A stretch of DNA of 64,000 nucleotides from Eledone cirrhosa (Eukaryota), in assembly GCA_964016885.1 (NCBI GenBank), contig OZ024742.1, positions 287,680,001-287,744,000 of the forward strand, written 5' to 3'. Positions 15,501 to 29,935 of the stretch are shown piece by piece. How positions within the stretch are numbered: the first letter of the stretch is position 1; every line of letters begins with the position of its first letter. The notes below the pieces were generated by a model that saw only the letters and a list, made by a program, of their open reading frames with translations, ran no database searches and was not told the origin of the DNA. A program made the translations under genes and the position numbers.

Positions 15501-15568
<68 letters not shown>

Positions 15569-16694
15569 GCATATATATATATATAATAAACTCTTTGACT
15601 AGTTTCAGTCAGTTGACTGTCTCCATGCTGGAGCACCATGTCTGGGAATGTATGTGTGTGAATGCACACACACACACACACACAAACATACACACACACA
15701 CACACACACGCACACATATATATGATTATTCCTTACACAACCCTACCAAACAACTAAATACAACAAACCTAAATTATCCAAAACACAACACGCAAAATAT
15801 GATTACCCAATTCAATAAAATTAAAATCAACCCACTATATATAGGGAGAGAGAATTTTATTTCTCGCTCTAGAATAGCACATACATAAATGTAAGTGTGC
15901 ATACTCGTGGATAAATCCAAGATCGGGTATATCCGCAAAAAAGGAACGAAACTACCGGTAATCGAGACTCGAGGAATTTTGGTATTGTTTATATGCATTT
16001 TTTCTTCAAACTTCTATTTTATACCGAAATTCGTGTAGTTAATTATTTGTCTAGTCAATTTCTACGGGATAAAAGAAACAACTAGGTAAACTTTATCTGC
16101 CTGTCCCTCGCGGAAGATAGTCTGTATCATTTGTCTATTATTTCTTCATAGTTACATTTTAAACTTATAGCCTCGTTTAAATGATTATTTATATGGTTGA
16201 TTTATACGGACTAGGGAGAGGAAATATTGTATATATTTTATCTAATAGTTCTTCAAACTTGCAATTTTATATATATGTGTAGCTGAGTGGTTAGAGAATT
16301 GGATTCACAATCTTGAGGTTGTGAGTTCGATTCCTGGACCGGGCGATGCGTTATGTCCTTGAGCAAGACACTTTATTTCACGTTGCTCCTTCTACCTGGA
16401 GTTGCGACCGATAGATAGTACTAGCAACTGGAAAGACCAACGGAAACATTGTTTCCTCGGTCCGATTTGACGAAAGTTGATCGATCCGAATATTTATATA
16501 TATATATATACTATCCGGGAGCTTCCAACAGAAATGGTCGCATTCTTTAAGGGTATGTCAATATTTATTTATAAAACTGATCTATATTATATTTTATCTG
16601 ATAAAAGCGCACCATAATTTGACTTGGTGTCCTTGAAATATGTATAATGAAATAAATATGATTTTATAAATATAGTTTCCATTTGTTAATATAT

Positions 16695-16731
<37 letters not shown>

Positions 16732-16736
16732 ATGCA

Positions 16737-16972
16737 TATAAAAGCTTCATGGCACAGGCATTGCTTTATATCTGGAGATCTCTCTGCACTTGTCGTCACA
16801 TGGTACCATGGGCCTAACACTATGTGTCAATAATTGTCACAAGTGTAGTGTTTGTACCAGAGTTTTCAAGTCGTTGGCTGGACTAAAGTCACATTCGTTC
16901 AGCGCATCGGTAGGAGTTCTCCTACATGGATATAAAGTAGTGGCCATACTCGAAAACGAGTTGGCAGCCACC
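16737..16972 (+). mobile_element. 3' part of a non-autonomous RTE-derived element
   Basis: Near identical to 44533-44770; encodes HKCSVCTRVFKSLAGLKSHS (RTE C-terminal zinc-finger-like). Confidence 0.75.
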
Positions 16973-17045
16973 ATGTGTACGTGTGCATACTTACATATAT
17001 ATATATGTGTGTGTGTGTGTATACATATATGTGTACGCGTGCATA

Positions 17046-17147
<102 letters not shown>

Positions 17148-18163
17148 TATATATATGTATGTATATACATATATGTGTATGTGTGCATACTTACATATAT
17201 ATATATGTGTGTGTGTGTGAATGTACGTTTAAAATACCGTCGTACTTAAAACATTCAAACATTAATTGAATTTGTAGAACATAAAAAGTGATTGTGACTT
17301 CGGAGTTTCAGCTTGGTGATAATACATCGTAACCTCACCTGGTAATACATTTTGAGTATTGAAAAAAATTCCAATGTAACTATTATTAGGAGTCAGTTCT
17401 TCATTTTGTGTGGTTAGAAATAGCAAATGTGAAGAACTTAAAAACTGTGGAAGCGATGGAAAAGAATAATATTTTTTTTAAAACTACTTAATTGAAACGT
17501 TAATGGAGAGTTAAAATTAAAGAACCTATCATCATGGCGTGTCTATTAATGAGATAAAACTGAACAGATGAATACTGATGGTGATTGTTCCAATTAAATA
17601 CTTAATAACGTTCCTAACAATCAGAAGATGATCTTTCTGTGTTTCAAGAAGTATATATCAAAGAGTTGGCGTTTAGTATAAATTCCTGATCAGACATTTT
17701 GATGGTTTGCAGATTTAAGAATTCTGAATTTGAGTTTCTTCTCATTTATAAATCACCTGTAAGTTTTTGTCACATTTCTGTATGGACTGCTTCTCTCGAG
17801 GTTTTCTCACTTCGTGGAGAAATTAGTAACTTATTCTTTCAAACTACACACTTTGGATAGTTGCACTCCAAATCTCTAGGATTTGGTATGATTGAAGTAT
17901 CTTTGTTTAAATATACCTTCAATAATACCTACCAAGTATGTTAAAGTTTAGTTTGCTTTGGTTTAATGGAGGTAGACTCTGTTTTATATATAATTACTTC
18001 ACATCCATACATGAATCGAAGTGCGCAATATTGGAAATAATGCTTTTATAGAACAATGTATTTGTTCCAAAAACGTGCTAAGACTAATGCATGCTAAAAA
18101 AAATTGTGAAACACTAATATTAAAGCCCTGAGTTAAAATTATCATTACCTGTGTGATATAAAA

Positions 18164-18361
18164 CTAGTAATAACCATACGGCTTCGTCACCAACGAGTAA
18201 TGTTAAAACTTAGAGTAAAAAATATCTTGACTTTCTTCCCTAAAGCCGTTAATTTTGACGATAAAATCGACTCACAGAAATATTGGAACATCCTTCGCTA
18301 CATATAGAACTTTACAGTATAGAGGTAAGTCATAACATCGACTTCTACTGTACATATTAGA
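18164..18361 (-). mobile_element. Degenerate non-autonomous Helitron
   Basis: Minus strand starts A|TCTAATAT and ends CTAG|T; 3' hairpin decayed. Confidence 0.35.
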
Positions 18362-18954
18362 TAGACATAACTTTTGGTGTCGGCTCACTCAAACTTCCAA
18401 ATTTATTCCCCATGGTAATAAGCTATTAATAAAAACATTGTTTTTTTAATGTGTGGTACATTACCATCATACACAAAGTGCACAAACAGAAAAGATATTC
18501 TAGGTGATATTTACAGATAAAGGAATACTCGCAAGTCGTTATTCCAAATACATTTCGATATGCAGTTTGTGTAATGGAAAGGGTTGTCTATATGGGAAAT
18601 TGATAATATTACAAAACGTGTCAGTTCTATAAACATCAGGGTGTGAATAATAAAATAAAAGAGAAACGTGCTTATACGAAGAATAACTATTTGAGAGAAA
18701 ACAAAAACATGAGTGTTGCAATTTTCTAATCTTCCCTGTGTGGATACTCTTTGTAACTGCACGTTTCATTTTGTTTAAAAATTGTAAACACCAAATTATA
18801 TTTGTATGTGTATCCGTATATATGATAGAATTTCTGCTTACTACCGTATAGCCTGTATAAAAGTTTCTTTATGTTTGTTAATATGTGCATGAATTATCAA
18901 GTATATAAATATATATATATATAATTACACACACACATAAACGAATAGATTATT

Positions 18955-19450
18955 GAAGTCAACATTGCCTTTCAGCCTCTCGGTGTCGATAGAATAAAGT
19001 ACAAGTAAAATACTGGGGTCGATTTAATTGATTTTCTCTTCCCCCAAATTACTGGTCTTGAACCTAAATCAGAAACCATTATCGTTATCAGGGCGATGAA
19101 TTGGCAGTATCGCTAGAGTGTCAGACACTATGCCCGCAACATAGAGTAACGGCCCTTGATGTTATGAGTTCAAATCCTGCCGAGGTTAGCTTTGCCTTTC
19201 ATCCTCATAGGATCGCTACAATAGAGTACCAGCAACGTACTGGAGTCGATTTAAACGATTTCCCCTCCCCCAAAATCCATCGCAGGCTTAAAACCCCAGC
19301 TATTGCTGGTACTCATTTTCAGCTGAGTATACTGGAGCAACGTGAAATGAAATGTTTTGCTCAAGAACACAACACACAGCCCAACCCAGGAATCAAACCG
19401 GCGATATTATGATCGTAAGTCGAACACCCTTTTCACTAGGCCACGTGCCT
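18955..19450. mobile_element. SINE cluster: two family A (+) copies joined to a family B (-) copy
   Basis: Diagnostic SINE motifs as above. Confidence 0.75.
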
Positions 19451-19644
19451 GCATGAACTAGACAATGGAATATACTTAATGGTAACTCCAGAAATCCTGC
19501 TTCACTCACTACCGTGGATATGATGTGCTTCAGTGACGTCTGCTACTGAAAGACAAATGCAATGGTGCAGAGCGGGAGTCAAGAGGCGGCATATTTGTAA
19601 GTGACGGCTTCGATTGGTGGAAATTTATAAAGGATACTTCTGAA

Positions 19645-19844
19645 NNNNNNNNNNNNNNNNNNNNNNNNNNNNNNNNNNNNNNNNNNNNNNNNNNNNNNNN
19701 NNNNNNNNNNNNNNNNNNNNNNNNNNNNNNNNNNNNNNNNNNNNNNNNNNNNNNNNNNNNNNNNNNNNNNNNNNNNNNNNNNNNNNNNNNNNNNNNNNNN
19801 NNNNNNNNNNNNNNNNNNNNNNNNNNNNNNNNNNNNNNNNNNNN
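19645..19844. other. Assembly gap (200 N)
   Basis: Run of N. Confidence 1.
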
Positions 19845-20409
19845 GCTGATCGATGGATTAACGGAACTGATTGATCTAACGACAGACAGGCGGACAGACA
19901 AAAGAGAAATACATACAAGATGTTAACGTTGAAATAAAATAGATTTTGACGGTGGCGTGGCTTGCATTGAAACCGGATGTTATTGTGGAGGGTGGAGAAG
20001 ATCAACGGTCTATTTTATTGAATTACACTCTGCACCATATATGGTAACATATATTAGAGACTCCTTATATAACAGACATTCTTTTTAATAAATATTCTGT
20101 TAGGAATCAATGAATCTATTTCCTTTTCTCGTTATAGGTTGTTCAGCAACAAACGACGACTTAAGACTTAGGTCTTGTTTAATGTAACAGTTAACTTAAA
20201 GCATAGCTCTTATTGTTTCCTACAGTTCTGCTGCCTCAATGTTAAGCCAAACCATGGTGTGTGTTCACAGACAGACACATCGTGAATTAATCTATACACT
20301 ACACTATGCTATATCAAACCAACGAGCTAGCTTTTACTCTGTCGCTCTATATTCAAAATCTCCCTCCTATTACATACTACTTACACACAATTTTATTTGA
20401 TAATATAAG

Positions 20410-20632
20410 GGCGGTGGGTTGGCAGTAAAATCGGTAAAGCGTCGAACACCACGCTTCGCAGCATAGAGTCACGGCCCTTTACGTTCTGAGTTCAAATCCC
20501 ACCGAGGTTAGTTTTGCCTTTCATCCTTACGGGATCGATAAAATAAAGCACCAGCAATGCACTGGGGTCGATTTAATCGACTTCCCCCCTCCTAAAAAAT
20601 TGCTGGCCTTGTGCCTAAATCAGAAACCATTA
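20410..20632 (+). mobile_element. Full-length SINE family A copy
   Basis: A box, B box, body and tail all present. Confidence 0.85.
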
Positions 20633-21149
20633 TTTGATAATATATCACCCAAGATATGCAATGCCAGGACGACCATAACTGGGATGTCTCTGATCAAACT
20701 GACCTGATACTAAACAGCAACAATACTATATACTCTTTTTACTAGCACTTCAAATCACTACGTCATTTTGCACTTACTCCATATGAATATGCTTGTTAAC
20801 ATTCTTTAAAGTATTCTTACTGTATAAATACCAACTGAGTCCTGGAACAAATTTCAATATTTAGTTGACGCCATTTCACTTCACCTAGATCCAAGGAGAA
20901 AGGTCGAATGTTTCTCCTCACTTTAAGTAACACAGGATTTGAATCTTTTTTTCTAAAAGGTAATGCAGCTGAAAGATAAAGTAGCTGAGTCTTGACTTCG
21001 CAGTCGTCAGTTTGTATTCCACCATATTTTTTATTACGGTTGTTTGATGAGAAGACAAATGCTCAGTTTTCATAACGTTAGTTTTACTGACGTCTTCATC
21101 AAACTGTATGCCCTTCTTTGTATTTTTAATGCGTCATTGCTACATAAAA

Positions 21150-21520
21150 CGATACTGTCAGTATAATATAAATTTGCCAACTACTTTCTATAAGCCCATA
21201 CAATTCCTTCTCTTTCATCTCTGATAGTTTCTTTCATGACATAGTTTATTAGAGCAGCAAATAAGAAGTGCAATGAAACAACTCCCTGCAATACTCCACT
21301 TCCAACATAAATTTCATTCGATGTATTGCACTTATTATACCTACATATTTTCCCGGCAAACTATAGCGTAGTACCTTTCAAACCATCACTCTATGTACAC
21401 TATCAAATATCTTTCAAAGAGTACAAAAGGAAGGCTCTCTGCATTTGTCTAGAAAGCCTGCTTGTTCATCCCTTTGTATAATGTTCAAAGTAATGTGTCT
21501 CATATCCAGAATAACTAAAA
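21150..21520 (-). pseudogene. Decayed LINE reverse transcriptase remnant
   Basis: Minus translation VGSGVLQGVVSLHFLFAALINYVM resembles the RT motif G(V)LQG...P.LF. Confidence 0.4.
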
Positions 21521-22668
21521 CGATAATTATCTAAGTATATTCATGAATATTCTTGTATTTAAACGAAGTACCTCCTATGATGAGATTGCTGGTTGCACAG
21601 AAGCTGATCAATCATACAACCTTCTCGTTACCATCTCTGAAACCATATATATTTATCGTTTATTCCATCCCATCGCTGCTACTGCCAGGTTTCACGTTGT
21701 CATCACTAATCACAGTGTTCATGTATTTCTGGTTTATTGTCAGTTTCTTCTTGCATTATTTATAGGTGCGTATGGCGATGGATTGGTCAAATTTGCCTTT
21801 CGTTTTTTTTTTTGTAGTTGATAAAATAAAGTACCAGTCACCTGTGATTGACTTTCTCCTTTCCCAAAATTGTTGGCCATGTACTTATGTTAGAAATAAT
21901 TATTTATAGTCGCAGAACAAATAATGTTGCATTGCTTAGCTTTAAGTTTCTGCCATTAGTCGAAGGATTTCATCGAGATAATGCATTTGCAACATTTTGT
22001 TTATCATCAGTTCGACTTCATCACGCCTAAAATATTTTCGTTTCTTGAGATAAAAATGGTTTTCGCCCGAACGCAGCACATCCGATCAAATAGGGTTCCG
22101 AAAAGAGCAAACCGTGGCAATTCCTCCAAGTCTAGTTTCGCTTAAATCAACTAGTGCCATTTTCGAAGACCTTAATGATACATACACATCATTATCATGA
22201 CAATATTTTTGGTTTAAATATTTGATGGTTTAATTCAATGATTTCCAATATGAGGGCTATTCCTTTCTTGTTTTCTGGGGAGGGGCTGCTGGGCGATTCA
22301 AGAGGGGGACTGGAAGACAAAGAGCAGAGTGATGGAGGAAAGCGGAAAAGATTGCAAATTAGTTGTAAAACTGGGGTAGTATTAGAGACAACATCGTATA
22401 AAGTGGTGTGAACGTGAGAATATAGAAGCGGTCTATTAAGAATATCTGGAATACAACATAAAATAAAGAATCTCTTGCATGATAATATTGAAATATAAGA
22501 ATGATGTGTATGTATCATTAAGATCTTCGAAAATGACACTAGTTGCTTATAAGACCTATGTTCTATTCTACCAAATCACGCAGCTGTCCTGTGTGTGGGG
22601 CGCAGTTGTGTGCTTATGAATGTCAGTATACATGTATGTATGCATCTATGTGTGGATACATATATGTA

Positions 22669-22704
<36 letters not shown>

Positions 22705-22876
22705 TTTACTCATACATACATATTTATATATTTATATATACGAGGGAGACTAGAGTTTAGTGTTGATCTGAATTAATGTCTCTCTGATAAAAGTCTCAAA
22801 ACCTCTTGAATGTACCTCGTACTTATATTAAGTCCCTTTCTCACAGACACAGAGAGACAAACACACACGCCCGCAC

Positions 22877-22960
<84 letters not shown>

Positions 22961-23314
22961 CCTGTTAGCAATGCTCTCTGCTTATGTTAATGTCTTGTGT
23001 AGTTCTTGCTCTACCATATGTTTACTATTTCCGTTTCCAGTATGGCAAAGGTTTATTTTGTGTTTGTTGAGCATCGTTTAAACTTTAAATAAGAGAATAT
23101 ATATATATATATATATATATACGTTACATCCGAGTAGTTTGTTCAGTTTCTGTGTGGAAGGAGGGGGAGGGCGTGAAATGAAAGATACCTCTTCTGCATT
23201 ACATCTAGCTTTCTTTAAGTAATTGAATAGAGAAGATCAGGAGGATGTGGTGGTGATGGTGATGGTGGAGGTGGTGGAGGTAGGGATCATTCTGCATTAT
23301 ATATAAATATATAT

Positions 23315-23417
23315 ACAGGGTATCCCCCAAAAATGTATACACACTTTGATTACCTGTACAGGCAATATTTATTAGAATGCTGTTGAAGTGTGTATACACT
23401 TTGTGGGACACTCTGCA
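23315..23417. mobile_element. About 100-bp Tc1/mariner-type MITE
   Basis: TA-CAGGGTATCCCCCAAAAATGTATACACACTT ... AAGTGTGTATACACTTTGTGGGACACTCTG, within (TA)n. Confidence 0.75.
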
Positions 23418-23478
23418 TATATATATATATATATATATAACATTATAGATAGCAATCAAAGTGTTTAAAACATTTAAT

Positions 23479-23525
23479 CACTTACGATCGTTTCATCATA
23501 GAACAAGACTGGAATCATCGGAGTA
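23479..23525 (-). ncRNA. Hammerhead-like motif (U4C core) in a dispersed repeat; decayed copy near 63046-63089
   Basis: TACT-CCGATGA-T..T-GAAA-CGATCG-TA-AGTG; palindromic stem III; 23455-23630 is similar to 63020-63220. Confidence 0.6.
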
Positions 23526-25119
23526 TATAATAAAGGTTAAAACACAAATATAATATCAGAACTTTGTCATAAGAACATTAGGCGGATACATAATATGGGA
23601 AGCAAGCATCAGTATCAACATTTATATAAGAAAAGATAGCAAAGGCAGAAGAAGCATATGAAAAATATGAGCAAATAAATACAATAAAATTAGGAGCAGC
23701 TAAAAGCATTAAAACATTTTTTTAATTTAAAAACATGTTACTATAGAGAAACATGCTGCTACAGAAAGGTTAAGTATAGTGCAAGACATATATAATAATT
23801 AGTAAATAAACATATATCATAAACATTAAAACATATTATTATGCAGGTGTGCAGTTTAAATATAAATTTGAAAATATAAAAAATACGTCTCCAAAAGATA
23901 TTTTTAATTATGGATATAAAAAGTTCGACTGCGTAATTCAATCATAAAAATGAACTATTATATTTCAAACCATTCAAAGGTAATAAAGATCAAATATAGG
24001 TTGAAGTGTTATTATTATTAATTAAACCGTTCAAAGGAATTAATGTTGAGTAAATATAATCAGCAAAGTAAAAATCCAATATAGATGTAAGTGTTATCAA
24101 CGGAAAAGCACCACATATTTGAACAGAGGGGAGAAAGTCATATATGTTTAAGCATAAATAACTCCATCTTAACATAGTTTGAAAATGTATCCTTAAATGA
24201 CAGTTAATGCAAAAATAAAAAAATGTAAGGGAGGTAATTCATATAAGATATATTATAAGAGAGTTTCAAATTATTAAATGGAAAAACGAATATTTAGTAT
24301 GTCAATATGTAACGACTTAAAAAATTAATTTAGAGCTAATGATTATTGAACTAAAGAATTATTTTAAAAATAATATATTTACAAAATACAGATAAAAAAA
24401 ATGATATACATAATATGTTAAATAATATTAAAGGATAAAAAAATTATACTAGTTAATTATTTAATAAATTATATAAGTATTGCAAAGATAGTACTAAAAA
24501 ATAGAGAGTGATGCAATGGTTAATATATAATATAATATTAGCAAAAATTAATACAAATATAAGTGGAGCTTATTAAAAATAATATAATAAAATAATAATA
24601 AGGTGTCTAAATGTGAAGGGGTGGTTATAATAAATTGTAATCATAACAGGAGGGATCAGAAGGGGTATTCATGATAAGGACTGTCCTGGTTGGGGCTAAA
24701 CCACAACTTCTTCCATATAATTCTGAGTGTTTATGGTTATATAAAGACACTTTATTTAAATATATATTCATTGTTACTTGGACGTTTTTATCTTTGTCAA
24801 GAGGTGTAGTAGTTGTTTCTTTAAATGAAATTTAATCACAAGAAGAAAAAAGTCACACATTAGGTTAGGAAAAAACAGTTTAAACCGGAATTTAAATCAT
24901 TTCTATGGGATTTTTTCTTATATCTTTTACACCTAAATTCCTACGGTTTTGAATAAATTACTTTCTTTTGTGGTATTTCTTTTCCTCGAAATTCTTTGTT
25001 TCATGGGTTATATTTAAGTGCTTCACAGTTTTAACAAGGTCGGGATCATTAGATATCGTTTAGTAAGAAAACAAATTATTAAAATAAAAGTCAAGTTGAC
25101 CAATACCTTGTTATGTAAA

Positions 25120-25390
25120 GACGTGAAGCCTAGTGGTAAAGGTATTCGACTTACGATCATAATGTCATTGGTTCGATTCCTGGGATGGGTTGTGTGTTGT
25201 GTTCTTGAGCAAAACACTTCATTTCACGTTGCTCCAGTTTACTCAGCTGAAAATGAGTACCAGCAATAGCTGGGGGATTTGATCCTGCGATGTACTGGAG
25301 TCCTGTCCAGGAGAGGAGTCTTGTACACTCAGTCGTTTCACGTCACGAAACCGGGTTAAGCACCGGACTGACGAACTTCCTGGCTTGAGA
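25120..25390 (+). mobile_element. Full-length CORE-type SINE family B
   Basis: tRNA head, CORE-like body, tail matching the 12015-12248 copy. Confidence 0.8.
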
Positions 25391-25910
25391 TAGACTTTTG
25401 ACTAGACAATGCTTTATGAGTGAAATTTGGTTGACGGAAACTCTGTGGAAGTCCGTTGTGTGTGGATGTGTGTGTATGTGGATGTTTACTATTTGTTTAT
25501 GTCCCAAAAATGTCTTTGCTCTACTGATTCAGAACACAATTATATGCTTTTCTTTTTCTTCTTCTTCTCCTGCATATTTCTGGGAGGGTCATGGGAGTGG
25601 AGACCTCCGACACGCCTTCCAGAAGGTCCTATCAGAAGCAACCGTTCCAATTGATCCGGCTGGATCCCCAAGTGAGACCAACCAAGCTCATGGATGTTAT
25701 CCAACCATCTTGCTCGTGGTCAACCTCAGAGTCTCCTGCTCGTAAAATCTGTCCAACAATTATTTCCTAAGACCTTAGACACTGTAACCACAAGCTGTGG
25801 GTCTGAAAAAAATTACCTAGCGAGAATAAGACCACCAAAATTTGCAAGTATGGTCAAATGCAAGAGAAGCATTTATACGCTTTTGTTAGAAATATCAGAG
25901 GCAAAATAAT

Positions 25911-25968
25911 CGGATGTACAGGCGATTAGATAGGCACTGGGGTGCCTATCTAATCGCCTGTACATCCG
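25911..25968. repeat. Perfect 27-bp-stem hairpin
   Basis: CGGATGTACAGGCGATTAGATAGGCAC-TGGG-GTGCCTATCTAATCGCCTGTACATCCG. Confidence 0.95.
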
Positions 25969-26116
25969 CCTCCAGAAATTCGTATTTTCTAGCATGTTTG
26001 TATGCCTACAAATTAGATATGTGTATATATTTATATATACAGTTTTGTAGTTTTGGTTACACTCTCTGTACATGTGCAGATACCACTTCAATTACTTCGA
26101 CTGCTAGCGAAACTCT

Positions 26117-26181
<65 letters not shown>

Positions 26182-27730
26182 CAAAGCTAACCTCGGCGGG
26201 ATTTGAACTGAGAATGTAAAGGGCCGTAACTCCATATTGTCAATCCACCACACTGAATAATACAACAATAATAATAAATTTTCAAAGCATCTAAGAGCTA
26301 TTCGAAATAGGGTAAAGTGTTGCCGATTCGCGAACCCTGCTCTATGCTACAAATCTATTATCACATGCCTGTATAAGAAAAAAAAATCATCTTATTTTTT
26401 AACCTTCTTCTGGGAGCGGTAGAATAAAGACTAATTAGTAATATACTATGTTAATTGCCTGATTAAATTTAGTTACACAGCACTAAGGAGATAAGGAGAC
26501 TCACTCATGCGCAGCAACGCAAATAGATCGAAACATTCCTCCATGTTAAACGTGTTTCTAGCTGCATTGTTGTCATTTTATGTTTTGTTTGTTTGATGTT
26601 GTTGTTGTTGTTGTTGTAATTATCTCCCTAATACACTTACGGATATTACCAAACTCACAACATTCCTTTATTTCATTACAATGGCAGAAATTACGAGATT
26701 TTTCTCTGCCAGGCGGATGTTAATATCGTACGATCGAATTTATTTCATGTTAATTAACAGATAACTTTTCTGGGAAAAACAAATGGTTATAGTGTTTACT
26801 TCTTAGGTTTTCATTATTTTATGCAGCTTTCACAGAATGAAGTAGTTAGCCTAGGTCTAACTTTCCACTTCTAGATCCGGTTTACTTAGCCCAGTCTGGG
26901 GGCTACAGCCTTCCTATGTTGCATATCATTCAAGTTTGAAAAGGCGCGCAAATTCCTCCTTTCTAGTGAGTAGGTGTATGAATAGTGATTAAAACGCAAC
27001 CAGTGCACACACACTCACACAGACACGCACATCGCAAGTCAGTGAATCGTGGATCATCTCACATTGAAGAAGGCAATCCAATCCAATCGAACTAGTTTTG
27101 AAACGTCAGAATTTTTCTCTTAACATTATCTTACTCTTTTGTGACTATTACTTTCACAGTTCGTGTCTTGTAACCAGCGTTCTATAGTTAGCTGTGTTTA
27201 CGATATAGTTTTGATTCCCGTCCTAAATTATTTATCTTCATTTACATTGTTAATGCTTGTGACAAGTGCATAATCACCAGGCAGTCTTATTTCCTTTTGC
27301 TTCCATTAAATCTGAAAGCTGGATGTCATTTTTGTATAGAGAAGCTTTTGACGAATGATTCTATTTTCTCTCTCTTTTTTTTTCTTTTTTTTTCTCATAA
27401 ATAAACACCATGCCCTGTTTTTAGGGAATCGAACAAAAATGATGATGCAACAGTCATGCCTTTTTAAAAGTTTTTAGACACGTAATTATATGGAGTGAAG
27501 TAGTTTCTATCGGGACTTGAAACCGTAACGCGAACTCTACTAATGGCAATCTTATCTCCTGTACTATGCTGGTGGGTGCTATCAGGACCAGCGTTTGGGC
27601 ATTTAGCGCCCATGGTTAGCCCTAGAACATGTCCTCTTCTAGTTATGAGCCCCATTCTCCCAAATAAAATAATTTGAATTTACAGTTTAGCGAGCTGATG
27701 AACCTAGTTTTTTACCATTCTTACTCTGAC

Positions 27731-27949
27731 CACGTTAGGAAAATTACTAAGCCTGTATTTTCCATTGCACACTCCACACTCACCCACATTAAATCATGTG
27801 ACACGTTCGGAAAATTACTAAGCCTGTATGTTCTACTACAGTGTCCACACTCACCCAGACCAAATCATGTGACACGTTTGGGAAATTACTAAGCCTGCAC
27901 GTTCTACTACACAGTCAACACTCACCCACACCAAACAAATCATGTGACA
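27731..27949. repeat. 71-bp tandem repeat, about 3 copies
   Basis: CACGTT.GG.AAATTACTAAGCCTG starts at 27731, 27802, 27873. Confidence 0.9.
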
Positions 27950-28409
27950 CATAGCATCACATAACCCGCCCATCTCTTTGGATATTTCTCTATTGTTACC
28001 ACACAAAAAAATGTTCAGTGATTAATCTATTAATTGATCACAGGAAATGATGATATATTTTATTTAATTCTACAAATTTGCATAAAGCCGTGATCATTTA
28101 AGGTTCAGCTATGCGCCTCTCTGGAGTTTGCGTCCTAGCCAGCTGCCTAGTTGACCCTGATGGTAGCACCTCTCCTGGCTGCACTATATCTTTAGATAGA
28201 CGACACGTTACAATTAATCATTAATGCTTGTTTATACATATGAAGGCCTGTATTGTAATGATGTTATCTAGTCTTTAAATATACTTTACCTGTCATGTGA
28301 CATTTACCTACGTGATATTAATACTAGAAATACATTCAGACTTTACTTCCTTCATGTGACACACCAGGATATATTGTGTGTCTTTGTATACACACACACA
28401 CACACACAC

Positions 28410-28525
<116 letters not shown>

Positions 28526-28597
28526 ATGTGTGTGTATATATACACTCACGTGACTCCCTCTTTGTTCCTCATATATATATATATATGTATGTATGTA

Positions 28598-28644
<47 letters not shown>

Positions 28645-28713
28645 AGATGGGCGTTTTTGTGTTTGTGGAAATGTGTGTAGGCATATATATATATATATAT
28701 GTGCGTGTGTGTG

Positions 28714-28791
<78 letters not shown>

Positions 28792-28801
28792 CACACACAC
28801 A

Positions 28802-28843
<42 letters not shown>

Positions 28844-28856
28844 CATGTCTATATGC

Positions 28857-28901
<45 letters not shown>

Positions 28902-29583
28902 AACATACATATACACACACATACACACACGTATATACGTCTATGTGTGTAATTGTGAGAGAGAGTGTGTTTATAAATATGTGTGTATGAGTCATTATTT
29001 GTATATACATACGCATACATGCGTGAGTGGGTTGGGTGTGGGAGGGGAGGGGGTTGTATTATTTATATTTATGTTGAAACTTCCTGTTCACGTGACACTT
29101 CAATGACAAGCAAATATTTTCATCACTTCCCGTATAAATGATCCATACGGAAAAAGGGGAAACAGAAAAAGATATCTTACTATGTTAGAAATATTAGATT
29201 TAATTTTGACTGCAAGGCGCCAACCGAGGAAAATTTAAGCCAGCGTTTGACATTTTTTAGACTCCAGTATAAAACACGAATATTGTTGTTGTTGAAGTTG
29301 TTTTTGTTGTTTGTCGTCTTCTTCATTCTTTCTTCTTCTTCTTCTTCTTCTTCTTTTTTTTTTTAATGTTTATTCGTCGTCTTTTTCTTCTTCGTCTTCA
29401 TTCTTTTCCTTCTCCTGTTCTCTCACTCCTTCCTCTTTTTCTCATCAAACGAGAAGAGGATTATTGAAGAGCAGAACATTAGTGTAACATACTGCTTCAA
29501 CTGTAATATATTAGGTCAAGCATCTTATTCAATGTTTAGTTTAATTATTCTTTTATTACAAACTTTTTTTATGGAAAAACTAC

Positions 29584-29935
29584 CTGCATAGTGCTGGTGT
29601 TACGATAAGATACACCCTGTAGCTCTGCAGAATGGTAGTGCTGGTGCTACGATAAAATACACCCTGTACGTTCTGAAAATTGGTAGTGCTGGTGCTACGA
29701 TAAAATACACTCAGTGCACACTGTAAAGGGGTATTGCTGGTACCACGAGGAAATGCACCCAGTACACTCTGCAGAGTAGTAGTTCTAGAGCCACGATAAA
29801 ATGCACTCAGCACGTACTGCAGAGTGGTAGTGCTGGTACTACGATAAACTACATCCAGTACACTCTGTAAAGTGATAGTGCTGGTACCACGATAAACTAC
29901 ATCCAGGTGCACTCTAAAGTAGTAGGAGGCTATGA
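29584..29935. repeat. 48-bp minisatellite, about 7 copies
   Basis: TAGTGCTGGT..TACGATAAA-like units at 29589, 29636, 29684, 29732 and onward. Confidence 0.9.

Noticed and set aside
15591-15640. GACT-GAAA-CTAG-TC on minus (and CTGATGACTGAAAC near 57545-57565) resembling hammerhead parts
   Set aside because: It is the stem-loop tail of a SINE and resembles RTE 3' tails; no stem I or complete core
17430-18000. Possible CR1 remnant on the minus strand
   Set aside because: Too decayed to support with clear motifs
20410-20505. tRNA gene candidates (A and B boxes) here and at other SINE heads
   Set aside because: No complete cloverleaf; they continue into SINE bodies
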